The position numbers and the translations under genes are program-made. Below, one piece after another: positions 10,552 to 21,654 of a stretch of 64,000 bases of DNA (position 1 is the first letter of the stretch; the number at the start of each line of letters is the position of its first letter). The stretch spans positions 1-64,000 of the IMG/VR virus record IMGVR_UViG_3300045988_147264; one strand, written 5' to 3'. The DNA is from a virus. The notes below the pieces were generated by a model, which searched no databases, had not been told where the DNA came from, and saw nothing but the letters and a program-made list of their open reading frames with translations.

Positions 10552-13500
10552 CTAACCGCAGTTAATCTTTTCATCAAGCAATGCCTCTATTCTTTCAACT
10601 GCTGATTTTAGGTCGTGCTGTTGACCAGCAACTTTATTTATGGCTTCATTAATGGCAGTTGGATTTCCTACGTCAACATCTTCATCAAGGAGTATCTTAA
10701 ATATTTCCTGAGTGATATCTATAGGTATCATTCCATAGAATTTGTTACGCCATGACGGTTCCATATTGTGACCTTTTACCATCTCGCTAATCTGAGCAAT
10801 CAAAGCGGCTGGCTGCTCAGCAAGAACCGCTCCTTGGTTTGTCGGGAACAATGGTTTCACTTCACCGGATGATACTGCCCTCTTTCCGCGTTTGCCAGAT
10901 TTCGGCCCAGGTTTAGGCTTTGCTTCCTGAGGTCTTTCAATAACCGGATGAGCAATTTGCGCCTGCGATGTTTCGGCTGGCTTTATTATAGGAGATATTC
11001 CAGGTCCGTTGATAATTGCATTTGATGATTTGAACGCATTGATTGCGGCCTTGGCTTTATCAATTATATTCTTGTCTTTTGGATTAGATTCGTCAAGCAA
11101 CGTCTCTTTTGTGTTATCAAACTTAATTGCATACATCGTATCGGTGCCAATCTTTGTTGAGAATAACTTGAATTTCTGAGGTACACCACTTTCGGTTATG
11201 GACATTGTACCATCCTCTCCAGCAATGATACCGCTTTTGATATTACTTATGAATCCAAGTTTGGCTAGTAAAATACCATCTGTAATGACTTCACCATCAC
11301 GAGAGAATGCCTCTCCTGTTGTCTGATTATAATGATACAGGGTGTTGTTGTATTGTATCTTCTCAAGTTCATTATTCCTTGAAGAAGCCCTTAGATCTCC
11401 TCGTACAGCCATTCCCTGACTGGTTGGCTGTCCGTCTAATCCAACAAACGATATGCTGAACGATGAGTTAAATGGCATCAGACTTGCATAATCTGTCTCA
11501 AGAATATCTGCGTCAATCAGTGCTTTCTGTTTTGCCGGAGTTGATATCGTATTCTCACTTACTTGGAAACGCAGTGAGTCATCTGATTTCATTATATCGA
11601 TAAAATCCTCAATTGTGGTTATAACGTCACCGGTTCCCTTTCCGAACCTCAATGATACACTGCCGTTTTTATAGTTGAATAAAAACACATATCCCTTAGG
11701 AATATATATCATTTGTGACAATTTCACTTTTGCCCTTAGTTTATTTATAAAAGACGCATTTGTATCAACAAGTATTTTCATTTGATTCTTAATGTCATTT
11801 GCGAATTCAGTACCATTTTCAAAATCATATTCAGATACTCGCTTGACTCTCAAATAAACTTGTTTTATACCACCGCTTGGATCAATAACGTTCAACCACA
11901 CAGAACCTTGATTTGCACCGTTTATCGGTCCCATGATTTTATCACCGTTGCGCTGCATATACTTATTGGTAAAGAATGATACCATTCCGCCACTTGCTCC
12001 TGGAAAATATATTGAGAATCCATAAGGTAATCCGTAGTCTGCAAGTCTTTCCTTGAGCGATCTGAATCCAGCAGGTTTACCGTTTGTCGCCACCTCCATT
12101 CTTCCGTTCCAGAATGTTGATATACTTGACTGTACGTTATTGGATACATAAAGGTGCTCTATTGGACCGTTATTAGACTGCCTCACGACATCCTGTATAA
12201 CCATGCCATATAGTAGATTATAAGCATTCTTCGCTTCGATATAAGCGGCGTCTCCCTTATTTCCACCAACCTTTAATGCGCCTACAATCTGGTATTCTTT
12301 GCCGTCAATTGTTTGCGTATTCATAAAGTTTGCATACGGTCCAAGCATTGATCTGTCTTCTGGAGAGATTTCCACTGCAAGCATTACCGTATAGAAATCT
12401 TTGTCATCAACTTTTTTGCTTTGAAGTGGGTCAATAATGAATCTTATCGGAACACCATTGTCGTTACCACGCTGTTTATATAGATGATTTAGGACGCCAA
12501 GAGCACCGCTGTCAACAAACTTGTACGCATTGTATTTCTTCAACGCTGATTGTAATGAAAACAACTCAGGGACTCTTTCACCATCTGGAGTATATGCTAC
12601 TTTGTTGCCGCTTACCGACTCACGGATATCATTCTCTGTAACAACCCATCCACGGAGAGAACCACTGTCAATCTTGACAAAATCTTTATTTAGTGTCTGA
12701 CCGTTGCCATCTTTTGAGTCAATGCCGCTCGACAACGCAGCTGGATCAGTATCGTTCTTAGTTGTTTCCTTTACAATAACCGCTTTTGATTGCTCAGCCG
12801 ATCCATCCTCCTGTCCGGTGTCAACCTGTGATGTCAATTCAAGAATCTTATGTTCGGCCATCTCGCGAAGAATATCAGCCTGCTCTTCAGAAACAACGTC
12901 ACCAACAAATAATTGTGAAATCAATGATTTCAACGAATCAACATCTTTCTTTGACGCCTTCGTTATTATATCGCTAAATTTTATAGCATTAGCCCTCTGC
13001 GTCTCCTCTTTTGCCTTTGCAGCTTGTTCGCGCTCCTCTGGTTTTGGTTTATTGCCACTTTCCTGGCCCTCTGACGGCGTTTCAGGAGTCATATCGATAG
13101 TCACACCATCGTCGTCCGAATTCTGCGCCTCAGAGCGTTTTTTAAACGTCGGTGTAAATCCTCCGGCATCATCAGGGACCTCTGCCTTAGCCGCCTCGTC
13201 AAGCTGGTCTTCACGCTCACTCTTTGTGGTCTGTTTTTTACCACCGACCGTTTTATCAGCCCTCTTTGATCTGGTCTTTCTCGTGGAATATTCATTAAGT
13301 AAATGATTAATATAATCAGCAGTTACTGTGTCTCCTTTGTCGATAGCTTCGTCCGCAATGTTTTTCATTGCAGCCAAAAAGTCATCAGAGTCACTATTTT
13401 CTCCAACAAGTTCACGTATGCGCCCGACAATGGACTTTGCAATCACGCTTGAGTTCTCGTCCTCGCCAAACATGTCATCCTTAATGACGTTGAATATGCG

Positions 13501-16500
13501 CTTAACGACGTCATCATATTTACTAAGAGACTCCTTTTTCTGCTTAAGGAGTTCATTGTCGCCATCGTCAATAAGCTTATCAAACTCTTTTACTGTCTCC
13601 GCCGACATATTTGCTATCGCGTCCCTGTATGATGGATCGGTATTACTCAATTCACTGTATATACGTTGCGCCTCCTCCTTGCTATGCTTGGCAATGGCTT
13701 CTTTATTTGCCGCAACAGCCTCTTTTGTAAATAATTCTGGATGACTCGACAATAGCTTCAGGTTATTGAGAAAATCATTCCTATATGCAACAAGCCTTAT
13801 CAGATCCTGTGTTTTCACAATAAGCTGTCCCAAATCAGCGGCATTTAAAACATCTAATTGAGTATCGGTTATACCTCTGGTAATATTAGCGTTGGCAAGG
13901 CCTTCGGACAGATTCTTATTGGCCTCCAATAACGCTCTGAATGCCGATGATTTCTTTGTTTCCTTTGATCCAAGACTAACCCAGCGATTATATGCGTCAT
14001 TAACTTCTGTATTAAGCTTGGCAAGAGTTATTTCGTTTGTCCTGAAATCACGTATATGATGTAACAACTCATTCAGGATAGAATATTCCTTTGAGCTCTT
14101 CTTGTATACAACAGCGTCAAGGTCGTTAAAATCATTCAGATAAAAACGCGTAGGGGTATCTACCATTGCTTCATTAGCTGTAGCAGCCAACTCGTTTAAT
14201 CTTGGAAACACTTCATCAACCAACTGTTTGGTTCGTTTCTCGACATCGTTGATTACCATTGTCTGCCAAGTCATTGTACGTAGTACTTCATCGTCAACCT
14301 TTCCGCCATAGATGGTGTTTATGTCGTCGCGAATCTTTGTATATTGGTCAACAAAATCCTTGAACTCAGCGGCGTTCGATTTAACTTTATCGACAACCTC
14401 CTGATCGGTCATTCCATCATAAAGCCCCTTCTGAAGATCAACTACTGTTGTGTTTTTGCGGATTTGATCTGCATCTTGCTCCGTTATGTTGCCAACCTGC
14501 TCAATAACTGTCTTCAAATCATCAAGCATTCCAGCTTTATCGAACAACTCAATATCACTTACGATCTGTCCTATCTCGGCATTATTGAATTCAAACTGAT
14601 CAAGTTCCTTAAGGAATTGAGCTTTGTCGTTGTCATATTTTTTATGACGAATGTATCCACGCCATAGGTCAACAAAACGTTCATCCTTTAGTGCCTTGTT
14701 AACCTCGTCAGCGGTATTCTGCGCCTGTTCGCGATACTCTCTTGCGTCTTTTATATTATCCCACAATTCGCCATTAAACGACACACTTGGACGTTTCCTT
14801 CCGGCTTCGTTGACGCGCATGTGAAAACTTGGTATACCGGCCAGAGATGATATAGCGCCAACAAAACCTTGTTCCCATTGTTTTGGATCAGTATATGTCT
14901 GCGCTATACCGTCAAGAAGTGAGTTCATCCTGCTTACTGCATCAGTCTCAGCTTCATCATCGAACTGATAACCATAGTATTCGTTAAGTCTTGATGACTC
15001 GCGCTTACCCATACCAGTGGCTATTGATTGCTGCATCATTTCCTCCCATGGACCCTCGACGATCGGTACGGAAGCAGCCTTGCCTATATTTTTCCAGAAC
15101 TGCTTCATGTCTGCCTTTGCAATATCTTCAGATATTTTGCCACCATTGCGTATTGCATCAGATAGAATCTTTCTGGAATCTTCAGATATCATCTTGGTAT
15201 ATTTGGTACCGGTTTTGAAACCACTTGAAAGGAACCTACCATAAGTCCACAGGTTTGATGCGGAAAGAAGAAAGACATTCATGGTGAATATCGAATTCGC
15301 CATGGAGGCTCTGCTGCGACCTATCTGGTCAAGAGCGCCTTCATATTCCGCCTTAAGAAGACCAACCCTGCGCTGCACCTCATTGAATCCATCATCAGTA
15401 AGTTGTCTTTGAGCACTACCAGTTTCTGGATTATATACAAATCTCGAATACTTATATGAACCGTCATCATTCTGTTCAGACATAACATCATTAGTGACGT
15501 TCTTCTCGGCTTGCTTGGTGCGCTCCTCGATCATTCCTTTCTCGCGTGTATACCAATCTTCCGTATTTTGAATAGCCTCGATACGACCTTCGCCCATTGC
15601 GGATGTTATGGCTCCAAACGTCTGTAATCCAAATTCAAGCCTCTTGGTTTTCTTCGCCATATTGGCTAAATGATCACCTATAAGAACGCCATCTATATAG
15701 GCATTGCCTTTCTTATATGCTTCATATATCTTTGATGCCTCAGAGAGTTTTCTGCCGTCCTTTGTGACAATATTTAACCCCCTATAAGCATCCCTTACCT
15801 TATTGAGACCAGCCGCCTTTGAAAGTATACCAGCATTGACGCGCCCGGAATAAGCGGCTCCAATCATGAAACCAAGATTCTTTATTAAGTGATCACCAAG
15901 GAAATTAGCCGAGAATACATTTGTACCCCAAGTCTTGCTGCGTTCCTCATCAGTATAAAAGTTTGGAAACGCTTTTTCGGACCAGTCGTTTATCTTCTGC
16001 ATGTAACGACTGAATGGATTGTCAATAAATGAATTCAACGCATCACCGGCACCGTTGATACCTCCATTTGCGGCATCATTTGCGATGTTTAAAAGACCTA
16101 CAATTGAACCAACGACACCATCTGCAAATGTTGTACCGGCAAGAACAGTTCCCTTAATGATACCGTTTGTAACCTGAGCGAAAGCAGATTGCGCCTCACC
16201 ACGAGCGTTCTCAAGACCTACGATATTTCCAAAATCGGTAATCTTTTTATCTACATTACGCTTTCCATAATCGTTGTCTGGAATATATATGTCGCCACGT
16301 GTATAATCCATGCTTCGCATCTGATCTGCATCTTGCATGGTGTTGATTATATTTGGCCTTGCCTTGCGATAGGCGTTTCTTGCGGCAGCTAAATTTGCCA
16401 GCTCGTCTCGCCTGATTTGCTCCTCGCTCTGAACCAGAGAACCCAATCCCTCTGGATTCGTCAACGTAGGATCGTCATAGTTAAACTGATTGTTTATATC

Positions 16501-16518
16501 TCCTGTATTCTGTGCCAT
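10552..16518 (-). CDS. Giant virion protein (1988 aa). Candidate ejected cargo or internal protein.
   Basis: 6 kb ORF that is the last gene of the minus block. A ~100 aa Lys/Glu/Asp-rich low-complexity segment (nt ~13180-13490) looks disordered. No enzymatic motif seen. Confidence 0.4.
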   Translation of the reverse strand: MAQNTGDINNQFNYDDPTLTNPEGLGSLVQSEEQIRRDELANLAAARNAYRKARPNIINTMQDADQMRSMDYTRGDIYIPDNDYGKRNVDKKITDFGNIVGLENARGEAQSAFAQVTNGIIKGTVLAGTTFADGVVGSIVGLLNIANDAANGGINGAGDALNSFIDNPFSRYMQKINDWSEKAFPNFYTDEERSKTWGTNVFSANFLGDHLIKNLGFMIGAAYSGRVNAGILSKAAGLNKVRDAYRGLNIVTKDGRKLSEASKIYEAYKKGNAYIDGVLIGDHLANMAKKTKRLEFGLQTFGAITSAMGEGRIEAIQNTEDWYTREKGMIEERTKQAEKNVTNDVMSEQNDDGSYKYSRFVYNPETGSAQRQLTDDGFNEVQRRVGLLKAEYEGALDQIGRSRASMANSIFTMNVFLLSASNLWTYGRFLSSGFKTGTKYTKMISEDSRKILSDAIRNGGKISEDIAKADMKQFWKNIGKAASVPIVEGPWEEMMQQSIATGMGKRESSRLNEYYGYQFDDEAETDAVSRMNSLLDGIAQTYTDPKQWEQGFVGAISSLAGIPSFHMRVNEAGRKRPSVSFNGELWDNIKDAREYREQAQNTADEVNKALKDERFVDLWRGYIRHKKYDNDKAQFLKELDQFEFNNAEIGQIVSDIELFDKAGMLDDLKTVIEQVGNITEQDADQIRKNTTVVDLQKGLYDGMTDQEVVDKVKSNAAEFKDFVDQYTKIRDDINTIYGGKVDDEVLRTMTWQTMVINDVEKRTKQLVDEVFPRLNELAATANEAMVDTPTRFYLNDFNDLDAVVYKKSSKEYSILNELLHHIRDFRTNEITLAKLNTEVNDAYNRWVSLGSKETKKSSAFRALLEANKNLSEGLANANITRGITDTQLDVLNAADLGQLIVKTQDLIRLVAYRNDFLNNLKLLSSHPELFTKEAVAANKEAIAKHSKEEAQRIYSELSNTDPSYRDAIANMSAETVKEFDKLIDDGDNELLKQKKESLSKYDDVVKRIFNVIKDDMFGEDENSSVIAKSIVGRIRELVGENSDSDDFLAAMKNIADEAIDKGDTVTADYINHLLNEYSTRKTRSKRADKTVGGKKQTTKSEREDQLDEAAKAEVPDDAGGFTPTFKKRSEAQNSDDDGVTIDMTPETPSEGQESGNKPKPEEREQAAKAKEETQRANAIKFSDIITKASKKDVDSLKSLISQLFVGDVVSEEQADILREMAEHKILELTSQVDTGQEDGSAEQSKAVIVKETTKNDTDPAALSSGIDSKDGNGQTLNKDFVKIDSGSLRGWVVTENDIRESVSGNKVAYTPDGERVPELFSLQSALKKYNAYKFVDSGALGVLNHLYKQRGNDNGVPIRFIIDPLQSKKVDDKDFYTVMLAVEISPEDRSMLGPYANFMNTQTIDGKEYQIVGALKVGGNKGDAAYIEAKNAYNLLYGMVIQDVVRQSNNGPIEHLYVSNNVQSSISTFWNGRMEVATNGKPAGFRSLKERLADYGLPYGFSIYFPGASGGMVSFFTNKYMQRNGDKIMGPINGANQGSVWLNVIDPSGGIKQVYLRVKRVSEYDFENGTEFANDIKNQMKILVDTNASFINKLRAKVKLSQMIYIPKGYVFLFNYKNGSVSLRFGKGTGDVITTIEDFIDIMKSDDSLRFQVSENTISTPAKQKALIDADILETDYASLMPFNSSFSISFVGLDGQPTSQGMAVRGDLRASSRNNELEKIQYNNTLYHYNQTTGEAFSRDGEVITDGILLAKLGFISNIKSGIIAGEDGTMSITESGVPQKFKLFSTKIGTDTMYAIKFDNTKETLLDESNPKDKNIIDKAKAAINAFKSSNAIINGPGISPIIKPAETSQAQIAHPVIERPQEAKPKPGPKSGKRGKRAVSSGEVKPLFPTNQGAVLAEQPAALIAQISEMVKGHNMEPSWRNKFYGMIPIDITQEIFKILLDEDVDVGNPTAINEAINKVAGQQHDLKSAVERIEALLDEKINCG

Positions 16519-16523
16519 AACTT

Positions 16524-18326
16524 CTACTCCATATATTCGCCGTTAGAGTCATACATATCATATGAACCGTCTGGTCCGGGATATGACGCCTGTACCGGAA
16601 TGCCTTCCAAATCAAATTCAGTGTTTCTTGTTCGGCTCTTTGCCGACGTGCCAGGAACTCCAGGAATACCACCGTTATTGATATTCAAGAACGCCGAGAA
16701 TATTGTAGCGACATTATCTTGAATAGCCTGGAATTGAGCCATTTTATCTTGTGGGTTCTTGGCTACATCCTTTGCTGCCACGCGTTCTGCTATTTCCTGA
16801 AGAATATCATACAATGACATTCCTGTTGCGGGATCAACCTCTCCGTAAAGAGCGTTTTGAGCGGCCGCATCAGAGAAATAATACGTACCATAATCGTTGC
16901 TCTTGATTCCAAGCCTTCCGGTTCTACTGTCTATAAACATGACTCCGTCACCAAACGCGTTGAGAGCATTCTCTGCCTCATTCTTATCAAGAGATTTACC
17001 ATTCGACTTTATAAACATTCCTTCAAGAGCTCGTTTTGCTGACTTTTTGTCACCCGATTTCACGCCGGCAGGAGATGTTCCAAGAACCCTTCCAAGAATA
17101 ACATCGTTGATATACTGGCTATTCTGGAAATTAGCCTGATACATTTCTGACGTATGAACGGTATTATATTCTTTAGTCATGAAATCAGACAATTCATTAA
17201 GATTTGAGATGTTATATTTATTCATAAGATTCTCAACGTCAGTGACATCATCATCCGAAGCGGTATTGTTCATGACTTTTTGTATTTTGTCAAGGTCACT
17301 ATTAAGCTGCTTTCTACGAGCTTTCTCAGCTTTCGGATCAGCATTACCTGGAACCGGCAGATACAAACCGTTGCGTATGTCATCTTCGTCTTTAGGAGTG
17401 CCATCTGCGTTAACGAGACCAGCTTTTTTAAGCTTAAGAAGATTATTGAATTTATCATTCTCCGCCTGTCTTGCCATTTGCCATCGCTGATATGGAGTGA
17501 TGTAACCAGCATCTCTCTGAGCTACCTGCTTTGATTGACCAATGCCTTGCCATAATCCTTCATAAGCATAATTTAACGCTTGATTTATGCTGTCTTCGCG
17601 AACATTACCGTCCCTATCGGTCCATTGTCCAACTCCTGAAGACGACACGACATCGCTGATAAGCTTTGTTATCGCAGGATATGCCGATGGATTGCTTCTT
17701 ATGAGATTCATATCCTCCTGCGTTAGGCCGTATTGCTCAATACGCTCAAGCATTTGTCCCTCGGCAGTATGTGCCCAACCTGTTACGTTACGCAATTGGT
17801 TTTTGAGATTAGCCACTGCATTTCCGACACGCTGTGTCAATGCTTGACCAGATATCGCCTGATATTGCATTGATGGATTTGAGAGATAATCATCGAGTGA
17901 CATTGACGCCGCATCGAAGTTAAACATTACCGTCGGATCTTTAGCATGCCAATCCATCTGTTGCTTAGCCTGTTCAGCTCGTGTCTTGTATGCGTTTTCT
18001 ATAGGTGTTATTTCCTGTTGATAACGTCTGAACATCTGCCTGAAAGCATTGCGTGAATTTGTGGTCAGACCTCTTGCCGCCAATTCGTTGACATTCTTGC
18101 GAAGGTCATTGGCGTACTTCATGTACTGTTCGTAAGTCTTTCTGTCTGTGGCTCTGTTGGCCATGTTTTCCCATACACTTGCTTTTGCGTCAAGTTCAGC
18201 ATAAGCGTCCGCAATCTGGTTATGAACCGCCGTGGACTCCTGCAAAGGCTTGTATATCTCATCATATGTAAACGGCTCGAACACCGTCTGGTTTGTTATA
18301 AAATTACTGTTAGCCATAATTAACAA
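16524..18326 (-). CDS. Hypothetical virion protein (600 aa).
   Basis: ORF tightly packed between two giant genes (5 nt gap and 7 nt overlap). Gln/Ala-rich and helical. Confidence 0.4.
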   Translation of the reverse strand: MLIMANSNFITNQTVFEPFTYDEIYKPLQESTAVHNQIADAYAELDAKASVWENMANRATDRKTYEQYMKYANDLRKNVNELAARGLTTNSRNAFRQMFRRYQQEITPIENAYKTRAEQAKQQMDWHAKDPTVMFNFDAASMSLDDYLSNPSMQYQAISGQALTQRVGNAVANLKNQLRNVTGWAHTAEGQMLERIEQYGLTQEDMNLIRSNPSAYPAITKLISDVVSSSGVGQWTDRDGNVREDSINQALNYAYEGLWQGIGQSKQVAQRDAGYITPYQRWQMARQAENDKFNNLLKLKKAGLVNADGTPKDEDDIRNGLYLPVPGNADPKAEKARRKQLNSDLDKIQKVMNNTASDDDVTDVENLMNKYNISNLNELSDFMTKEYNTVHTSEMYQANFQNSQYINDVILGRVLGTSPAGVKSGDKKSAKRALEGMFIKSNGKSLDKNEAENALNAFGDGVMFIDSRTGRLGIKSNDYGTYYFSDAAAQNALYGEVDPATGMSLYDILQEIAERVAAKDVAKNPQDKMAQFQAIQDNVATIFSAFLNINNGGIPGVPGTSAKSRTRNTEFDLEGIPVQASYPGPDGSYDMYDSNGEYME

Positions 18327-21300
18327 AGTCTTCTGCGACGGTTTGTATAGCCGCCAAATTTATTTACAATAGGTGCCTTCTCAATAGGAACAACACCAAC
18401 AATTTCACCGCTATCGTCATATACTGGCTCGATATTATGACCAGCCATAGCGTCAAGCATTGATCCGCTATTTATTGTCGGCTGATTATTCTGTTGCCCC
18501 ATTGCTGTAGGGTCAACATATATACCGTCATCAAACTGATTTTGTCTAGCGTTTACTGATGTCGGAGCGGACTGTATTGACTGAGCCGCAGGATTATTTA
18601 CTGTAACATTAACACTCGGAGTCCTGTTTCTCTGTGTGTCAATAATTGCGTCAGGTACTGACTTGTATTCGATAGAGCCATCAGGAAGCATTCTATACCC
18701 AAGAGCTTTATTACTTGCCATCATATTAAGATAGGCGCTCTGTTTTCCTATGTTAGCAAGACTTTGTGTCAACGAATTAAGGTTAGCGCTTCTTGCTGCG
18801 TTATATGCTGCATCTATTGACTGTCTTGCGCCAAGCATCTGCTGTGCTCTATTAAGATAATAATTATTGAGATACATGTTCATACTTTGCGCCTGCATAT
18901 CATTCTGTGCGTTGAACATGTCAGTAGCCCTGTTAAACTCAGCTGCCTGTTTCTTCTGTGCAGAGTTATAAGCTTTTCCCTGAATATAGGCTCTTCCGAG
19001 CTGTTCAATACCGAGTTTGTCAGCATTGGCTAACGCCGCCAAAGCTTGTGCCCTGTTACCAGCGGAAGCATTTGAAATGGCCCTTCTTGTGGCACCCATC
19101 TGCTCCACAATAGGAGCGCTCATCTCAAATGGAGAGACGTAATCTGGCGAGATATAACCGGCAATTGGAGAATATCTCACGCTGTTAGGTCTTGCGGTCT
19201 GAGCAGCAAATTGATCAACGTCGGAATAATCCTTTGAGTTCATTGCCAAGCCTGCAAGAGCAGAGCCAATTGGAGCATACCTTAAGCCCGTTGGCAAGTT
19301 CTTCCACGGAGCATCGGAGACCTGAACATCTGGATTTGTCTTAATATAGTCATCAACTTGTTTTTGAGCGTCAGGTCTTGATGTTCCGGTTTTATCAGCG
19401 ACCTCGTCAATAACCTGTTCTTTTGATTCTTGAGGAGTCTGATCCTCGGTTGCTTTTGTCCTTGACGCATTATATGCGAAATGATGTATTGGACCAAATT
19501 TACCATCGGTCATTAGACGAATCAGGTCATCCTTACCTTTGATTTTATAAGTCTTACCATTACTGTCCTCCAGATCTCCGTATTTGCCGCTCTCAAGCGT
19601 CTTGATCCATTCGTTGATCTCATTATCGGTGGCGGTATTTTTTACATAATCAATAAAGTCGGCGTAATCTCCAGTCTTCTCATACTCACGAACGGTAGCC
19701 TCGTCAACATTCCTATTATACTGAATGGTGTCTGGACTCAGCGCCCTGTGATAATTATCTCCACGACCTTCCGCAAGATCTTTTGTTGTTATCTTTTTCG
19801 TTGGTTTAACATCGCCAACTTTTGACTTATCTTGTTTAACGCCGATATTACCATCTGAGCTATTGCTGTCTTGATTAGATTGTGTTTGATGTTCACTCGG
19901 CTTAGATGATTTCATCGCTTGAGAATACGAAGTCTTTCCTGAAGCAATGTCGTTATATGTGTCATAAATATCTCTTGGAACGTCGCCAAAAGGCTTGCCT
20001 GACGGCATGAGTTTAATGCCTCTCTGGGAAAGATACGTTGCCGCACTGATGCGATTCTTAAGTGGTTGCAAGTGTTTCTCGATCTCACTTTTTATTTGGC
20101 TGTATATTTCGTCGTATGCTTGTTGATAATCCTCCCCTCTGTGTGTTGATTGATATGAGGCATATGTCTTTGCGGCAAGATCGACCTTAGATTCATCATA
20201 ATACCCGCTATAATCACCATTCATAAACAACGTCATGGCCTCGTTTGTGAGATTGCCATCGCTGTTGATAATTGTATTAATGTTTTTCAGATATGAATCG
20301 AATGCGAATGGTCCGCCGCTTGCATATATGTTACCACCAAATGCAAATTGATTGGCTATATCACCTGTGCCATATATTTGCTTGAACACTTCCTGTGCGT
20401 TTCTAAGCTTATCAATATTAGCTTTTAATGTTCTTGTTGTAATAGGGTCATTCAATTGATCTTCCGATGGTTTAAGCAATTTCTTCGCTATATCAGAGAA
20501 AGGCGTATCTCTGTATTTTAAAGGAAGATTGGCATATCCCAAAACCTCGTCATTTGCCTTAAGGCGATTACTAAAAACGTAATCATCATATACAACCTCG
20601 CCTTCCTCAACGAGATTCGGTGTACCTTGTTTATCAACGCCTATTTGTACGCCGCTGTTAGGATTCTCTTCGTGAGAACCACCTGCCTCTATGATAGACG
20701 CGCCATTTGAGAAATCAGCGCCATTTGTGTGCAGTTGCCCACCAAACGCTGCGAGAACGGAGTCTTTTCCGCCGCTAAAATTAATCATATAATTAGCGAA
20801 ATCCTTATCATCTTGAGCATCAAGGGCTCTCTGCTGAAAATCAGATAGAGCTTCGTTTGTTCTACGATTCTCTTTATTCTGTTTTGCTGCCATGCTCTTG
20901 GCTTTCTTGCGTTTAAATAATAATGACGCACCTTTGGTGAGACCAGCGGCGGCAGCGCCAATAGCAGCACCCAAAGGGCCAAATACACTACCGGCAGCGG
21001 CGCCACTTGCCATAGCAGAACCGATTCCGAGAGCTGCCTGTCCACCTGTTGTCTTATCAATATCACTACCCTTTATACCAGAATTCAATTGAGCGGTATT
21101 TACGATATTGTTTATAAGAGCTTCGCGACTACCGGTATTAATCGGCATATTCTCATATTGCTGTCTGGTGTTAATAAAACCAGAGTCGTCGAGAGAGTTC
21201 TGGTCATTCAAAACATCGAGGCCAAGGTTCATAACGCCTTGCGCAACACCAACGCCTTTCTGAACACCTGATGCCAATTTCTGCTTATCGATCTGGTTTC

Positions 21301-21532
21301 GTGGACTACCGGTCCCCTGTACACCAGTATTATCACCGGCCAGTTCACCACCAATATTATCAATTTGATCGGAAAAAGATTTCTGAAAAGCATCGTCAAT
21401 AACCGATGAATCGATTTGTGGAAGCAAGCCGCCGCCGTTTTTGAAATAATTTTTCCTACGCTTCGTCGGCAAGACTCTGCGTGTCGAAATGAACCCTTCC
21501 ATAGGATCCAAAACTAAAACTGTATCTTTCAT
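18320..21532 (-). CDS. Large internal or ejection protein (1070 aa) with a Gly/Ala-rich hydrophobic segment.
   Basis: ATG at 21532 lies 32 nt downstream of a TATCTTTG element. The segment GGQAALGIGSAMASGAAAGSVFGPLGAAIGAAAAGLTKGASLLF (nt ~20915-21040) resembles glycine-zipper or membrane-insertion segments found in phage ejection and tape-measure-like proteins. Confidence 0.4.
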   Translation of the reverse strand: MKDTVLVLDPMEGFISTRRVLPTKRRKNYFKNGGGLLPQIDSSVIDDAFQKSFSDQIDNIGGELAGDNTGVQGTGSPRNQIDKQKLASGVQKGVGVAQGVMNLGLDVLNDQNSLDDSGFINTRQQYENMPINTGSREALINNIVNTAQLNSGIKGSDIDKTTGGQAALGIGSAMASGAAAGSVFGPLGAAIGAAAAGLTKGASLLFKRKKAKSMAAKQNKENRRTNEALSDFQQRALDAQDDKDFANYMINFSGGKDSVLAAFGGQLHTNGADFSNGASIIEAGGSHEENPNSGVQIGVDKQGTPNLVEEGEVVYDDYVFSNRLKANDEVLGYANLPLKYRDTPFSDIAKKLLKPSEDQLNDPITTRTLKANIDKLRNAQEVFKQIYGTGDIANQFAFGGNIYASGGPFAFDSYLKNINTIINSDGNLTNEAMTLFMNGDYSGYYDESKVDLAAKTYASYQSTHRGEDYQQAYDEIYSQIKSEIEKHLQPLKNRISAATYLSQRGIKLMPSGKPFGDVPRDIYDTYNDIASGKTSYSQAMKSSKPSEHQTQSNQDSNSSDGNIGVKQDKSKVGDVKPTKKITTKDLAEGRGDNYHRALSPDTIQYNRNVDEATVREYEKTGDYADFIDYVKNTATDNEINEWIKTLESGKYGDLEDSNGKTYKIKGKDDLIRLMTDGKFGPIHHFAYNASRTKATEDQTPQESKEQVIDEVADKTGTSRPDAQKQVDDYIKTNPDVQVSDAPWKNLPTGLRYAPIGSALAGLAMNSKDYSDVDQFAAQTARPNSVRYSPIAGYISPDYVSPFEMSAPIVEQMGATRRAISNASAGNRAQALAALANADKLGIEQLGRAYIQGKAYNSAQKKQAAEFNRATDMFNAQNDMQAQSMNMYLNNYYLNRAQQMLGARQSIDAAYNAARSANLNSLTQSLANIGKQSAYLNMMASNKALGYRMLPDGSIEYKSVPDAIIDTQRNRTPSVNVTVNNPAAQSIQSAPTSVNARQNQFDDGIYVDPTAMGQQNNQPTINSGSMLDAMAGHNIEPVYDDSGEIVGVVPIEKAPIVNKFGGYTNRRRRLC

Positions 21533-21563
21533 AATTCATGCATGATTTATGTTAACATAGCCG

Positions 21564-21571
21564 CAAAGATA
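21564..21571 (-). promoter_or_regulatory. Bacteroidetes-type -7 promoter element TATCTTTG (minus strand) upstream of the 1070-aa gene.
   Basis: Plus-strand CAAAGATA is the reverse complement of TATCTTTG, which fits the consensus TAnnTTTG. The same 8-mer recurs before five other gene starts in this window. Confidence 0.45.
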
Positions 21572-21602
21572 ATAAAAATTATTGTTTTAATACAGTGTTT
21601 CA

Positions 21603-21644
21603 CGAAAATAATAATAGCCCACAACCACTATGGTTGCAGGCTAT
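21603..21644 (-). terminator. Rho-independent terminator after the 1594-aa gene.
   Basis: Minus-strand hairpin ATAGCCTGCAACCATAGTGGTTGTGGGCTAT followed by TATTATTTTCG. Confidence 0.5.
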
Positions 21645-21654
21645 TAAAATATAA

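Noticed and set aside
12704-13306. 200-aa plus-strand ORF (Ser/Ala-rich) inside the 1988-aa gene.
   Set aside because: It is antisense to a long, well-supported minus-strand ORF, has low-complexity composition and no start context. It is a shadow ORF of the Lys/Glu-rich region.
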